This document shows positions 21,868-32,462 of a stretch of DNA of 64,000 nucleotides, piece after piece. A program made the translations under genes and the position numbers. Origin of the DNA: Cyanobacteriota bacterium (lineage in GTDB: Bacteria > Cyanobacteriota > Cyanobacteriia > Thermostichales > Thermostichaceae); contig JANRIL010000048.1 of NCBI GenBank assembly GCA_033764955.1, positions 32,001-96,000 of the forward strand. Direction: 5' to 3'. The notes beneath the pieces were generated by a model, which saw only the letters and a program-made list of their open reading frames with translations, was not told where the DNA came from and ran no database searches. Within the stretch, counting starts at the first letter, position 1. Each line of letters starts with the position of its first letter.

Positions 21868-23085
21868 TCAGGAGAGATCGCTGGTGTGGGTGCTGCCGTC
21901 CGCCTGAACCCAAACAATTTCAGGGATCCCCCGCTGGCGGGCATAGGCTTCTAGAGCCTCTGGGGAGCGGTTGAGCAGTTCCAGTTCGATGATGGCGGAG
22001 GGTTGATGTTGTCGCCACATTTGCGCCAGATGAAGGGCGGGGGGAAAAGCGTCGGGGGTCAGGGCGACTAACAGGCGTTGACTGCTGGGCAGGGTTTGGG
22101 GAAGGGTAGCGCTTGGGATCAGTTGGCGTTGCAGTTTTTCTAGGAGCAAGGTAAAACCAATCCCTGGCTGATCGACTTGACTGGGGCTGTAGAGGGCAAA
22201 AAGCTGGTCATAGCGTCCTCCCATGCCAATAATCTCCTGCTGGCTACTCACCTGAAAAACAATGCCTGTGTAGTAGGCAAAACTTTGCAACAGGCTGAGA
22301 TCCAAGACTAGTTTGACCCCTTGTTGTTCCAAAACCTGACAAACCCGTTGTAGGTCTTGTACCCGCTCCTGTTGGGGTAGGGGCAGGGACAGTTGCCCTA
22401 GCTTGTGGAGTACGGCACTGGGCTGCCCCCGTAGATTCAAAATTTGTAACCCAATTTGCCGATCCCGTTCGGGGAGTGGGGCGGTTTCCAGATAAACATA
22501 GTCCAGTTGAGCAATCGCCTGCCGAATTGGGAGGTGAGCTGTCGGCGACAGTAGATTGAGCAACCGCTGGGTAACCCCGATATCTCCTAAAATCAGCGTC
22601 CAGTTGGGCAAGGGCAATGCCTGCAACGCTTCCGATAAAACCAGCAACACTTCCGCATCCGCCTGCCATCCCGCCGCCCCAATCAGTTCCACCCCCGACT
22701 GAAAAAATTCCTGTTCTTGAGGGGCATTACGAAAGACGCTGCCGTGGTAGAACAATCGCTGGGGTAAAGGGGATTGAGCCATGCGGGTGGCGGTAGCCCG
22801 CACAATCGAGGCGGTAAATTCAGGACGCAAGCCCAACGGGGATCCCTCCGCATCCCGCAGTTGCAGCAAGGCTTCGGACTGGATCAATCCACCCGCCGTC
22901 AGGGTGGACAAGCGTTCTAGGGTGGGCGTAATGATCTGCTGATAGCCCCACCGCCGAAAAATCTCGCTCAAACACTGCTCAACCCACTGGCGCTGCACCA
23001 CTTCTAGGGGCAACAAATCCCGTGATCCGGTGGGGGGACGGTGGCTGAGTGGGCGGGGGGATCCCTCGTTCATGGCGATTGGCAC
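21868..23085 (-). CDS. hisZ: ATP phosphoribosyltransferase regulatory subunit
   Basis: PPTGSRDLLP, LRPEFTASI, EFFQSGVELIG, YYTGIVF, GGRYD; start 23085 or 23073. Confidence 0.92.
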   Translation of the reverse strand: MPIAMNEGSPRPLSHRPPTGSRDLLPLEVVQRQWVEQCLSEIFRRWGYQQIITPTLERLSTLTAGGLIQSEALLQLRDAEGSPLGLRPEFTASIVRATATRMAQSPLPQRLFYHGSVFRNAPQEQEFFQSGVELIGAAGWQADAEVLLVLSEALQALPLPNWTLILGDIGVTQRLLNLLSPTAHLPIRQAIAQLDYVYLETAPLPERDRQIGLQILNLRGQPSAVLHKLGQLSLPLPQQERVQDLQRVCQVLEQQGVKLVLDLSLLQSFAYYTGIVFQVSSQQEIIGMGGRYDQLFALYSPSQVDQPGIGFTLLLEKLQRQLIPSATLPQTLPSSQRLLVALTPDAFPPALHLAQMWRQHQPSAIIELELLNRSPEALEAYARQRGIPEIVWVQADGSTHTSDLS

Positions 23086-23109
23086 AACTCCTCCGTCAGG
23101 ATACCGCGT

Positions 23110-23700
23110 TCATCTCCCCTCGGTGGAAAAACAATACTGGCGTAACTGCTTAACTTCCACCGGACTCAAGTGACGCCACTCCCCCAACGGCAGTTCTGCC
23201 AACTGGAGGGGGCCAATTTGCTGACGAATCAACCGCAGGGTGGGGATCCCTACGGCGGCAGTCATGCGGCGCACTTGCCGATTGCGTCCCTCCCGCAGGG
23301 TGATGGCTAACCAAGTGGTGGGAATGTGGCGGCGCACCCGAATGGGCGGATCCCTGGGGGGCAGATCGGGAGCTTCTGGCAACACCCAGGCAAGGGCGGG
23401 CAAGGTTTTTTTGCCTTGAATCATCACCCCCTTACTGAGCGCCCGCAACGCCTCAGGGGTCGGGATCCCTTCCACCTGTACCCAATAGGTGCGCTCATGA
23501 CCAAAGCGCGGATCGATCAAGCGGGCATTGAGCGGCCCATCATCGGTTAAAAACACCAACCCTTCGCTATCGTGATCCAAGCGACCCACCGGGTAGACAT
23601 CGGGGATCGGAATGTAGTGTTTTAGGGTAGGGCGGGGGATCCCTTCCTCGGTAAACTGGCAAAGCACCCCATAAGGTTTGTGAAAGATTAGATAAGGCAT
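23110..23700 (-). CDS. rRNA pseudouridine synthase, RluE-like
   Basis: FHKPYGVLCQF, GRLDHDSEG, EGRNRQVRRMTAAVG. Confidence 0.93.
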   Translation of the reverse strand: MPYLIFHKPYGVLCQFTEEGIPRPTLKHYIPIPDVYPVGRLDHDSEGLVFLTDDGPLNARLIDPRFGHERTYWVQVEGIPTPEALRALSKGVMIQGKKTLPALAWVLPEAPDLPPRDPPIRVRRHIPTTWLAITLREGRNRQVRRMTAAVGIPTLRLIRQQIGPLQLAELPLGEWRHLSPVEVKQLRQYCFSTEGR

Positions 23701-23815
23701 TGATTGAGAGGAGGAAGCAAAAGCAAGGAGGCAATCTGGCATAATGGGGGATGGTATTTGTAGGCTAGCCAAGCGCGCCTCTCGAACGATTGTCATGGAT
23801 CCCACAACTTGATAG

Positions 23816-25021
<1,206 letters not shown>

Positions 25022-25082
25022 AAAAAGCTCTGACTCAAAGCAGCCAAAGCTTGCGGGGGTTCCATTTTCACCAGCCAGCTAT

Positions 25083-25108
25083 CTAGGGATCCCCAAGGGG
25101 ATCCCTGG
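25083..25108. terminator. Hairpin built from two GGGATCCC octamers between convergent genes
   Basis: CTAGGGATCCCC-AA-GGGGATCCCTGG; no U-tract, so terminator role is inferred. Confidence 0.4.
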
Positions 25109-25112
25109 GGTC

Positions 25113-26291
25113 TTAGAGAGCAGGATGGGCGATGACGGGACAGTTGATGATGACCTTGGTGGATCGCAGTCCCGATAGCCAGGGGTTGCCAGGGCCTTGG
25201 GGGTTGATCAAGGCATCCGTGACCAATCCGGCTTTTACCAACTGATCAAGATCCGCAAAGGAGGTGATACGGCGCACTTGATTGGTGCGGATAGCTTCTT
25301 CTGTCCACATGCTGACATGGGCATCCCAAAGGGGGCTGTAATTGTTTTGAGCCGAGGCATCGGTGTTGTCAGGCGGGATCGGGAAGACGTTAATCGGATC
25401 AATTCCTCCATTCAGCAGGGAGGCGACAAACCCTTGAAATTGTCCGGTTGTGGTATCACTGATCCCATTCAAGACCGGGGAGAACCCCAACAGAGCCGAA
25501 GGCTGATCGGGGGTAGATTGACCGAAGGTGGGAATAGCCGCCAAGCGTGGGGCATAGACCCCTTTTTCCAACACGGCTGGCACATCCGCCGAAACATCGG
25601 TGACCAAATGATAGAAATATTGTTTTCCGTCCTGGAACCCATCTAGGAGGGACATTTTTACCGTCAGCTTCTGGGTATCGACCGCTAACAGGCGGTCGTG
25701 GCTGCCCGTTTTGTTATGGACAATCTGGGCATTGATCACCACCCCACTGGGCAGCACAACCATCGAAGACCAGGCTTCATCCGCAATCGCTCCCGGTTTG
25801 GCCACCTTGGGAGGGAAAGCCGCTGGGGATCCCGCTTCGACCTGATAAGTCGGGGAAAAATCGACATCTCCAACGAACTGAATCAGGCCATCTTGGAGGG
25901 TGACGGTCTGTGCCCCCTCGGTGCCGACCACATACTTCATCTTGGGGGCAAAGTTCACCCCTAGTTCCTGAGCAACCGCAAAGTCGGATGCCTCAGTGAT
26001 GATGTAATATACGGTGTCACCGTTGGGGGAAAAGCCTTTGAACAAAGGCAGGGTCACATTCGCCTTGTTGTAAGTAAAATCCACGGCCAAGGCACTTTTC
26101 AAAAATACATTGTCACTGGGTTTGAAGCTAACAGCGGTGTCTTCCGAATAGGCAGGACGTCCAGAGGCGGTAGCCGCCGCCGCCAGCAATGCCTCCGCTT
26201 CCGCTATTTTATCGGGGGCGGCGTTAGCCAGGAAAGGAACCGACAATGCCCCTAGGCAGAGGCTAAGCAAAATCGAAATCTTCTTTCTCAC
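25113..26291 (-). CDS. Exported hypothetical protein
   Basis: Signal peptide ending ANA; 392 aa; motifs YYIITEASD, NYSPLWD, INCPV. Confidence 0.8.
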   Translation of the reverse strand: MRKKISILLSLCLGALSVPFLANAAPDKIAEAEALLAAAATASGRPAYSEDTAVSFKPSDNVFLKSALAVDFTYNKANVTLPLFKGFSPNGDTVYYIITEASDFAVAQELGVNFAPKMKYVVGTEGAQTVTLQDGLIQFVGDVDFSPTYQVEAGSPAAFPPKVAKPGAIADEAWSSMVVLPSGVVINAQIVHNKTGSHDRLLAVDTQKLTVKMSLLDGFQDGKQYFYHLVTDVSADVPAVLEKGVYAPRLAAIPTFGQSTPDQPSALLGFSPVLNGISDTTTGQFQGFVASLLNGGIDPINVFPIPPDNTDASAQNNYSPLWDAHVSMWTEEAIRTNQVRRITSFADLDQLVKAGLVTDALINPQGPGNPWLSGLRSTKVIINCPVIAHPAL

Positions 26292-26533
26292 AGGAAATCC
26301 TTAGCGATGAATGGAAACTACTTACCCCATTCATTCAGCCAGGGCAGCCTGAGATCCCTCTGAGCAGGAGCTTAGCCAGCTTGTCGAGATCTCTGAGAGT
26401 TTTGCGAAGAACCCCCTGATCTTTGCTGTGAATCTATCGAGTTGTCGATCGATGGGGATAACTTCAGGTTAGCCCGCAAGTTAGGGAGTATAGCGATAGT
26501 TTGAAGCTTATCTAGTGGTCTTTCCCATTCCGC

Positions 26534-26941
26534 TTAACCCTCATGAGATGGCGAAATGGAGGAGACTCCCGACTCCTTTGATGCTTCCATAATTCGATGA
26601 CACTTGCCACTCAGGTAAAGCTTAATTTCCTCAAGTTTCTACATTTTTTCATCGATCTCGTCAAGCTTACGATCGATAACTTTTAACTTTTTAGAGATCG
26701 GCACGGAACCGTTTCCCCAGGTATCAACCAGATGCTTAATCTCATTCAGGGTGAATCCTAAAGATTTTCCTTGTGTAATCATGACAACTCGTTCCAGCAT
26801 ATCTGGGCTGAAGTCTAGATATATTCTTGTCTCTGCTTGTCGGACTTTTGCTTCAATTAACCCCATCTTGTAGTAAAAACGAATCGTATCCTTTGACAAG
26901 CCTGTTTTTCGTGATAGCTCGCCGATTAACATTGCTGCCAC
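26534..26941 (-). pseudogene. MerR-family regulator with premature stop
   Basis: IGELSRKTGLSKDTIRFY HTH and LGFTLNEIK; TAG at 26639-26641 interrupts the coiled coil, and the frame continues KLEEIKLYL... to TAA 26534. Confidence 0.75.
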
Positions 26942-26961
26942 CTAAATTTAGAAATTGATGC

Positions 26962-26993
26962 TTGACTGTGGAGTATACTCCATAGCTTAGGCT
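26962..26993 (+). promoter_or_regulatory. MerR-type promoter/operator
   Basis: -35 TTGACT, 20-bp spacer, -10 TAGGCT; dyad CTGTGGAGTA/TACTCCATAG at 26966-26985. Confidence 0.85.
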
Positions 26994-27028
26994 GGAGCCG
27001 AAACCAACGGAATGCTCTGGAAATTTAT

Positions 27029-28000
27029 ATGAAAATCTTTGTTACAGGTGGCTCTGGGTTTGTCAGTCGCACCATGATTCAGATGTTGCGCGATCGAGGG
27101 GATGAGGTGATTGCTTTAGCCAGATCCGAACAAGCTGTGAAGCAAGTGACTCAATTGGGTGCTAGAGCAGTTCGCGGCGATCTACGGGATGAACAAGCGA
27201 TGATTGAGGGAATGCAAGGGTGTGAAGTTGTGTTCCACATTGCAGGGTTTTTAAGTATTTGGGGTGAATACAAAGTTTTCTATGAAACCAATGTGCTTGG
27301 GACTGAATATACGCTGACCGCCGCACAAACAGCGAATGTTCCTTCCTTTGTGCAGGTAGGTGCAGCAGCTTCCGTTTTTGATCGCCAACCTCTATTTCAG
27401 GTTGATGAGTCCTATCCACTCAAGCAACCTAAATTTTCTCCTTATATTGCTACCAAAAGTCTCGCAGAACAAAGAGTTATCGCAGCAAACGGAGCCAAAT
27501 TTAAAACCGCTGTGGTGCGTCCATCTTGGATTTGGGGTAATGGGGATCACGTACTGCCTCAACTGATAAGGGCAGTAAAAACCGGACAATTCATTTGGAT
27601 CGATCAGGGTCAGTATTCATACATGACGACTCATGTGGTGAATGTCTGCCATGGGGCAATATTCGCGGCGGAACGGAGTTCTGGGGGACAAGCTTACTTC
27701 CCGAGTGATGGCAATGTTGTACAGTTTCACAGGTGGGTGACGACATTACTACAGATGGCCGGAGTCAAGCCGGGGCGCTTGAGTATTCCGAGATGGGCTG
27801 CCTGGAATATCGCCGGATTCATAGCAGCAATTTGGAGAATAACGAGGCGTAAAGGCATTCCGCCGATTACTCGTACAATGGTTCGGCTGATTGGGCAGGA
27901 ACTGACCTTCACTGATCGTAAAGCGCGAGAAGAACTTGGCTACACTCCAATTGTGACTCGTGATTTTGGATTGGCAGAACTTAGGAAGCTCTATCGCTGA
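27029..28000 (+). CDS. NAD-dependent epimerase/dehydratase (3-beta-HSD-like extended SDR)
   Basis: VTGGSGFV, VFHIAG, NVLGT, YIATK (YxxxK), VRPSWIWG. Confidence 0.9.
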   Translation: MKIFVTGGSGFVSRTMIQMLRDRGDEVIALARSEQAVKQVTQLGARAVRGDLRDEQAMIEGMQGCEVVFHIAGFLSIWGEYKVFYETNVLGTEYTLTAAQTANVPSFVQVGAAASVFDRQPLFQVDESYPLKQPKFSPYIATKSLAEQRVIAANGAKFKTAVVRPSWIWGNGDHVLPQLIRAVKTGQFIWIDQGQYSYMTTHVVNVCHGAIFAAERSSGGQAYFPSDGNVVQFHRWVTTLLQMAGVKPGRLSIPRWAAWNIAGFIAAIWRITRRKGIPPITRTMVRLIGQELTFTDRKAREELGYTPIVTRDFGLAELRKLYR

Positions 28001-28004
28001 AAGG

Positions 28005-28053
28005 GGCTAACAATCCCGTTGCACATGGTGGCGGATGCAGCAGGAGGTTAGCC
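28005..28053 (+). mobile_element. attC-like recombination site (degenerate or short)
   Basis: GGCTAAC 4 nt after the stop, AATCCC spacer, GTTGCAC...TGCAGC-AGGAG-GTTAGCC; an alternative longer pairing extends to about 28110. Confidence 0.45.
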
Positions 28054-28128
28054 TTCTACTCCTCGATTGTGACATGCGGAAATATTTTCTTCAGGTGAAG
28101 ACTGTTGATCTATTCCTTAAAAAGCACT

Positions 28129-28779
28129 TTAAATCAAGTCATACAAAGTTTTAAACCAAGTCACAAATCTCTGAGCATTAGGGTGATTAGGATGCAAAAT
28201 GCGTTCCATAATCGCTTGATGTAGCTGCCGCCCTGGAGGATTCTGCCAAGCCAGCCAGGTATAAATGTTAGCTTTATCAAGATGAGGGTCTGTAAATACT
28301 GCGCCTTTACCTTTAGCCTCGTTAGTTACTGTTTGAGCAAACTGCCAGAGTGTTGCACTGTTTGTTGGAATCATGTAAGTCAGGAAGGTTTCCAACATGC
28401 CAGACATCTTGTTATCAGGCATTATCCAAATTCCAAATCGGATTCCGGTAGGCGTAGCATGTATTAAGCCATCATCGGGTAAAACCTCTGGAAGATCAGG
28501 AATGCTTTTCAAGCTTGCACTTCTAATGCTTTGCCAACGTCCTGTAGGATTATCATCAGCATCAATCATTATTCCAAGCGCAGAAAGCCCAGAAGCTTGT
28601 AGTTCGGTTGAGATTACATCTGGATCGACTAACTTTTGATAACCATCAAAATCACGAATAAAAACAACTGGGTTTTTCCGAGTTCCCCAATTCACACCAT
28701 TAGCTTCAATTAGTTCTGGTATTACGAAACGATCCTGTTTTCCCTCTACGAGAAGGACTCTTGAGTAAATATCAACCAT
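28129..28779 (-). CDS. DUF3226-like TOPRIM-fold protein
   Basis: LLVEGKQD, IDADD, WIMPDN..GMLETFL, WLAWQNPPG; downstream of an ATPase. Confidence 0.75.
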   Translation of the reverse strand: MVDIYSRVLLVEGKQDRFVIPELIEANGVNWGTRKNPVVFIRDFDGYQKLVDPDVISTELQASGLSALGIMIDADDNPTGRWQSIRSASLKSIPDLPEVLPDDGLIHATPTGIRFGIWIMPDNKMSGMLETFLTYMIPTNSATLWQFAQTVTNEAKGKGAVFTDPHLDKANIYTWLAWQNPPGRQLHQAIMERILHPNHPNAQRFVTWFKTLYDLI

Positions 28780-28782
28780 ACT

Positions 28783-29853
28783 CTACCGCACCTCAATTCC
28801 TCTTTCAGCGGCAATTACAACTTGTCGTTCCGTAAAAACAATACTGTGTTGCTTACCTTTCTCAATTCTCTGAATTGTAATGCCCTCTTCACTTGGGCTT
28901 TCGTTGCTTGCAATTGCAGCAAGGCTTGTCCAACAATCACTGTTATGAGTTGTAGCAAAAACCTGAACATTAAGCCGTTTAGCTGTTTCCCATATTAATT
29001 TCCACATATCAGACATTGCACTGAAGTGAAGCCCAGTATCAATTTCATCCACTAATAAAACACCACTCCTTGCATTAACAATGACTAACGAAAGTCCTAG
29101 CATTCGCCATATTCCATCCCCCAAATTTCCGATAGGTATATCCTTATCACTATTCTTAGATAAACGCACATCGAAACCACAACGTGAACTGGGTTCATTG
29201 GGTTTAATAGTGCCTGGAGCAATTCGTTCTATTTTTGGCTCAATTGTTTGAAGTGCTTTTATAACGAAATCCTCCTCAGCATTCAAGACGGCATTATTAA
29301 ATAAATTCACCATGCCTTTGGGTGTCAAAGAAGATGATGTTACAAATTGAGTTCTTAATCCTGAAAGACTAAAATCTTTACGAACTCGCTTAATATAAGC
29401 TACAGGAAGTCCCTCTCCAGAAGACAAAGGCAGTTTTATATTTTCACCTGCGTACCTTGACCACTCAATAACTAATGCAAATTCTCGCAAATCCTTAAAC
29501 GTGCTAAGTTGTCCTGTATGTTCTACAGATACAGTTATCCCTTCTCTATTGTCATGATTTTCACCAAATATTGAGAATTTACTTCCCACATCAATTTCAT
29601 GACCGTAAAACAGGTGACGAACATCTAGCTCGCGACCACCACCCCGTTCATCACTAAAAATATATTCACCACGTCCGATCATTACTTTTTGCAACGATTC
29701 AAGATTAGACTGAGAAGTAAGAAGCTGAACAGCTTCTAAGATTGAAGTTTTACCACTATTGTTAGTACCAACAAGCAAATTCAACTTGCCAAGCTTCTGA
29801 AGCTCGAACGTTTGGAAACAACGAAAGTTTTCAATTTTTAGCGACCTCAGCAT
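28783..29853 (-). CDS. AAA_15/AAA_21-type ABC-like ATPase
   Basis: LKIENFRCF, Walker A GTNNSGKT, LGDG, Walker B LLVDEIDTGLH, FATTH. Confidence 0.92.
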   Translation of the reverse strand: MLRSLKIENFRCFQTFELQKLGKLNLLVGTNNSGKTSILEAVQLLTSQSNLESLQKVMIGRGEYIFSDERGGGRELDVRHLFYGHEIDVGSKFSIFGENHDNREGITVSVEHTGQLSTFKDLREFALVIEWSRYAGENIKLPLSSGEGLPVAYIKRVRKDFSLSGLRTQFVTSSSLTPKGMVNLFNNAVLNAEEDFVIKALQTIEPKIERIAPGTIKPNEPSSRCGFDVRLSKNSDKDIPIGNLGDGIWRMLGLSLVIVNARSGVLLVDEIDTGLHFSAMSDMWKLIWETAKRLNVQVFATTHNSDCWTSLAAIASNESPSEEGITIQRIEKGKQHSIVFTERQVVIAAERGIEVR

Positions 29854-29931
29854 ATTTACGTTTTGTGCAAAGGGATCTTGTGCTTCTTAATGTTTTATCT
29901 TAACCATATGGTGACACTACCGCATCAAGAG

Positions 29932-30012
29932 GGCTAACACTGCGTTGGTGAGGTTATCGATGAGAGATCGAGGTTATCTGCCGCCGCACAACTTATTAAC
30001 TTATTGTTATCT
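29932..30012 (+). mobile_element. attC-like recombination site
   Basis: R'' GGCTAAC, 5-nt spacer, L'' GTTG(G)TGAGG with extra G, L' CCGCACAAC, TTATT (with AACTTATT duplicated), R' GTTATCT. Confidence 0.62.
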
Positions 30013-30043
30013 ACCCAACGCCAGCAGGGTAGGTAGATCGAGT

Positions 30044-31840
30044 TCACCAAACCACTTGATCCTTGAGTTGTTCCAGCTTGGCGGGGCCAATACCACTGAC
30101 GGCATCCAGATCCTCCAGCGATTTGAAGGGACGGGCGGCCACAATTTTTTCGGCTAGGGCAGGGCCAATACCAGGAAGCTGAGTCAGTTCTTCCAAGCTA
30201 GCGGTGTTGAGGTTAATTCGGGATCCCGATGCCGCTTGACCGGATGCTAGAGTACGTGCCTGAATAGGCTGGGCTACGGAGGCTTGCCCGTTGCTAGCGG
30301 CGGGTTGTGAGGATGCGGGAGGGCTACTGGGTTTTGGCTTGGGTTCTTTCGCCTCCGCCAGGGTGGGATTGGGGCAGGCAGTTTTTTGTTCGGCAATTTT
30401 TTGCTGCAAAGAGCGAGAAGGGCCTAAAAAGGCATCGGTCATCAGCCGATCAAACTCACGGGCAAAGTGGGCTGCTACCACTGGATTGGGAATGATGAGG
30501 AGGTTTTCGTCGTTGAGGTTATTGGCGGCGGCTGACCAGTTGTGGGATCCCGTTATCACGGTGGCCTGTGGGGTAGCGGCATCCACCAAGCCAAATTTGT
30601 GGTGCAGTTTGTCGGTGGGGGCAATTTTAGGGATCCCGACGGATTGAGCGGGAGTTTTCCAGGCTTGTCGCTCCGCATCAAGGGTGCAGTCCTTCAGCCA
30701 GGTGAGCCCCCACATATCCAGGGTACGGCTGTAATCACGGTAGGCAAAACCAGGATCAAACATGCCACGAATCTCTATTTTTTTGTTATCCCGCAAATTT
30801 TTGAGTTGATCAACAATCCCCTGATCCGTAAAGACAAATAAGGCCATATCGACCGTGCGATTGGCTTTGCCTAAAGTTTGAGCAATTGCTCCATTGGTAG
30901 TATCGGCATAGCTAGTTTTAGCCCCTGCTGGAGAAAAATGGATCCCTACATTGACATCTCCGATCCTGACGGTTTGAATCGGACGTTCCGGTTTATTCAC
31001 CCCAAATCGACTATCCGGTTTTTGTGCGGGGCCATCCCCCCACATCAGGTTAAATTCATCCGTAAAAACGGTAGCCAGTTCTGGGCTTTGTAGGCGGATC
31101 ATGTGGTTAGCATTCCCCACACTTTCTGCTTCATGAAAGTCACCATGCATATCGGAAAGGGTGAAGTTAGCGGATCCCATCACCACTTTTTGGCCATCGA
31201 TCACCACAAACTTGTGATGCATCAATCCTGACCCTTTCGATCCATCGGCGGTATCGTCGATCCAGGGTAGTTTACTTTGATCAAACATGGCCAAAACATC
31301 CCGCTCGGCTACTTCTTGTTCGGAGAGCTTGCCATCTCGATTGATGTCAATCAGATCTTGATATTCGCTGAGTTTGACAGCTTCCCGTTCATCCAAACCC
31401 TCCAGATCTGCGTCCGTTTCGCCGGCGATCTCATTCCAGCGTCGGGTATAGGTATTTTCGGTAATAAATCTTACTTTCACTCCCGCTTGATGCTTTTTGA
31501 CCAAAGCTTGCCCAATCAAAGGCAAATTCATTTCTTGCACGGCAATATCAACCGTTTTTTGAGCGGAATTGATCGCTTGAATAACAAAATTTTCTAAATC
31601 AACCCCATAGCGCTTGACCTGTCGATAGGGATCCGTATAGACGGATTCGCGGGTTTGATTGAAGGCGACGGTGATCTGAGGATGTTGCGGCAAGGGAGGG
31701 ATAGTGGCCAGATTGGGGGAGGAACTATCCTGGGGTTTTGGGCCAACAAAATAACCAATCACCACCAGCACGAGCAGCAAAATAGCCAGAGGCAGATAAC
31801 GGCGCATCTGACGAAACCAGTTGGCTGAGGTGAAGCTCAT
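30044..31840 (-). CDS. comA: Competence protein: two PLD-nuclease domains plus ComEA helix-hairpin-helix
   Basis: HHKFVVID and HHKFGLVD HKD motifs; INLNTASLEEL..LPGIGP; N-terminal TM. Confidence 0.88.
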   Translation of the reverse strand: MSFTSANWFRQMRRYLPLAILLLVLVVIGYFVGPKPQDSSSPNLATIPPLPQHPQITVAFNQTRESVYTDPYRQVKRYGVDLENFVIQAINSAQKTVDIAVQEMNLPLIGQALVKKHQAGVKVRFITENTYTRRWNEIAGETDADLEGLDEREAVKLSEYQDLIDINRDGKLSEQEVAERDVLAMFDQSKLPWIDDTADGSKGSGLMHHKFVVIDGQKVVMGSANFTLSDMHGDFHEAESVGNANHMIRLQSPELATVFTDEFNLMWGDGPAQKPDSRFGVNKPERPIQTVRIGDVNVGIHFSPAGAKTSYADTTNGAIAQTLGKANRTVDMALFVFTDQGIVDQLKNLRDNKKIEIRGMFDPGFAYRDYSRTLDMWGLTWLKDCTLDAERQAWKTPAQSVGIPKIAPTDKLHHKFGLVDAATPQATVITGSHNWSAAANNLNDENLLIIPNPVVAAHFAREFDRLMTDAFLGPSRSLQQKIAEQKTACPNPTLAEAKEPKPKPSSPPASSQPAASNGQASVAQPIQARTLASGQAASGSRINLNTASLEELTQLPGIGPALAEKIVAARPFKSLEDLDAVSGIGPAKLEQLKDQVVW

Positions 31841-32063
31841 AGGAGGGATCCCTTGAATACTGCCTAAACTCCCAAACTTCCTAAACTATAGATCCGATAA
31901 ACCGCCTGCCACTTGAAGGCGACGTTAACACCCGTTTATCATCCCGCAGCCACCCCAACTTCTTAAAACACCGAGGTGAGAACCGAACGGTCAGAAGGTG
32001 CTATTCTGAAGAGCAAATCAACAAAAATTCACACTTGCATCGCACAGCCGAAAGGATCAGCTT

Positions 32064-32462
32064 ATGGTGGGTATTCTCAGACGCTTATTTAACCGACCGC
32101 AGAAGGAGCAAAAAGCCGAGCCAATGGCCGATCCTCAACCCAAGACCAAGGATCCCAAAGCAGCTTTTTTCTTAGCACCCGATGAGGCCAAAAGTTTAGG
32201 CAATATTGACTACATGCGAACTCCCCGCCTGATCAAGCGGACATTTGTGTCGTTGGGAACTAAAGAAGAGTTTGAAGTGGTGCAGCAGGTGTCGGCCTTA
32301 GAAGCCATTGTCTTAAGTGAGGAGTCCGCTCCCGCCACCCCAGAGGGATCCCCAGTCGTCTCGCAGACCAATTCCCCGTCGGTCTCACCTCAGCGCCGCT
32401 CCACCAGCTCTGATCTGGATAAGTTCCGCACGATGGCACGGGATCTCAAGAAAAAAACCTAG
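32064..32462 (+). CDS. Hypothetical protein
   Basis: AAGGA RBS; FFL..DEAKSLGNIDYMR and terminal FRTMARDL look like a conserved cyanobacterial family. Confidence 0.75.
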   Translation: MVGILRRLFNRPQKEQKAEPMADPQPKTKDPKAAFFLAPDEAKSLGNIDYMRTPRLIKRTFVSLGTKEEFEVVQQVSALEAIVLSEESAPATPEGSPVVSQTNSPSVSPQRRSTSSDLDKFRTMARDLKKKT

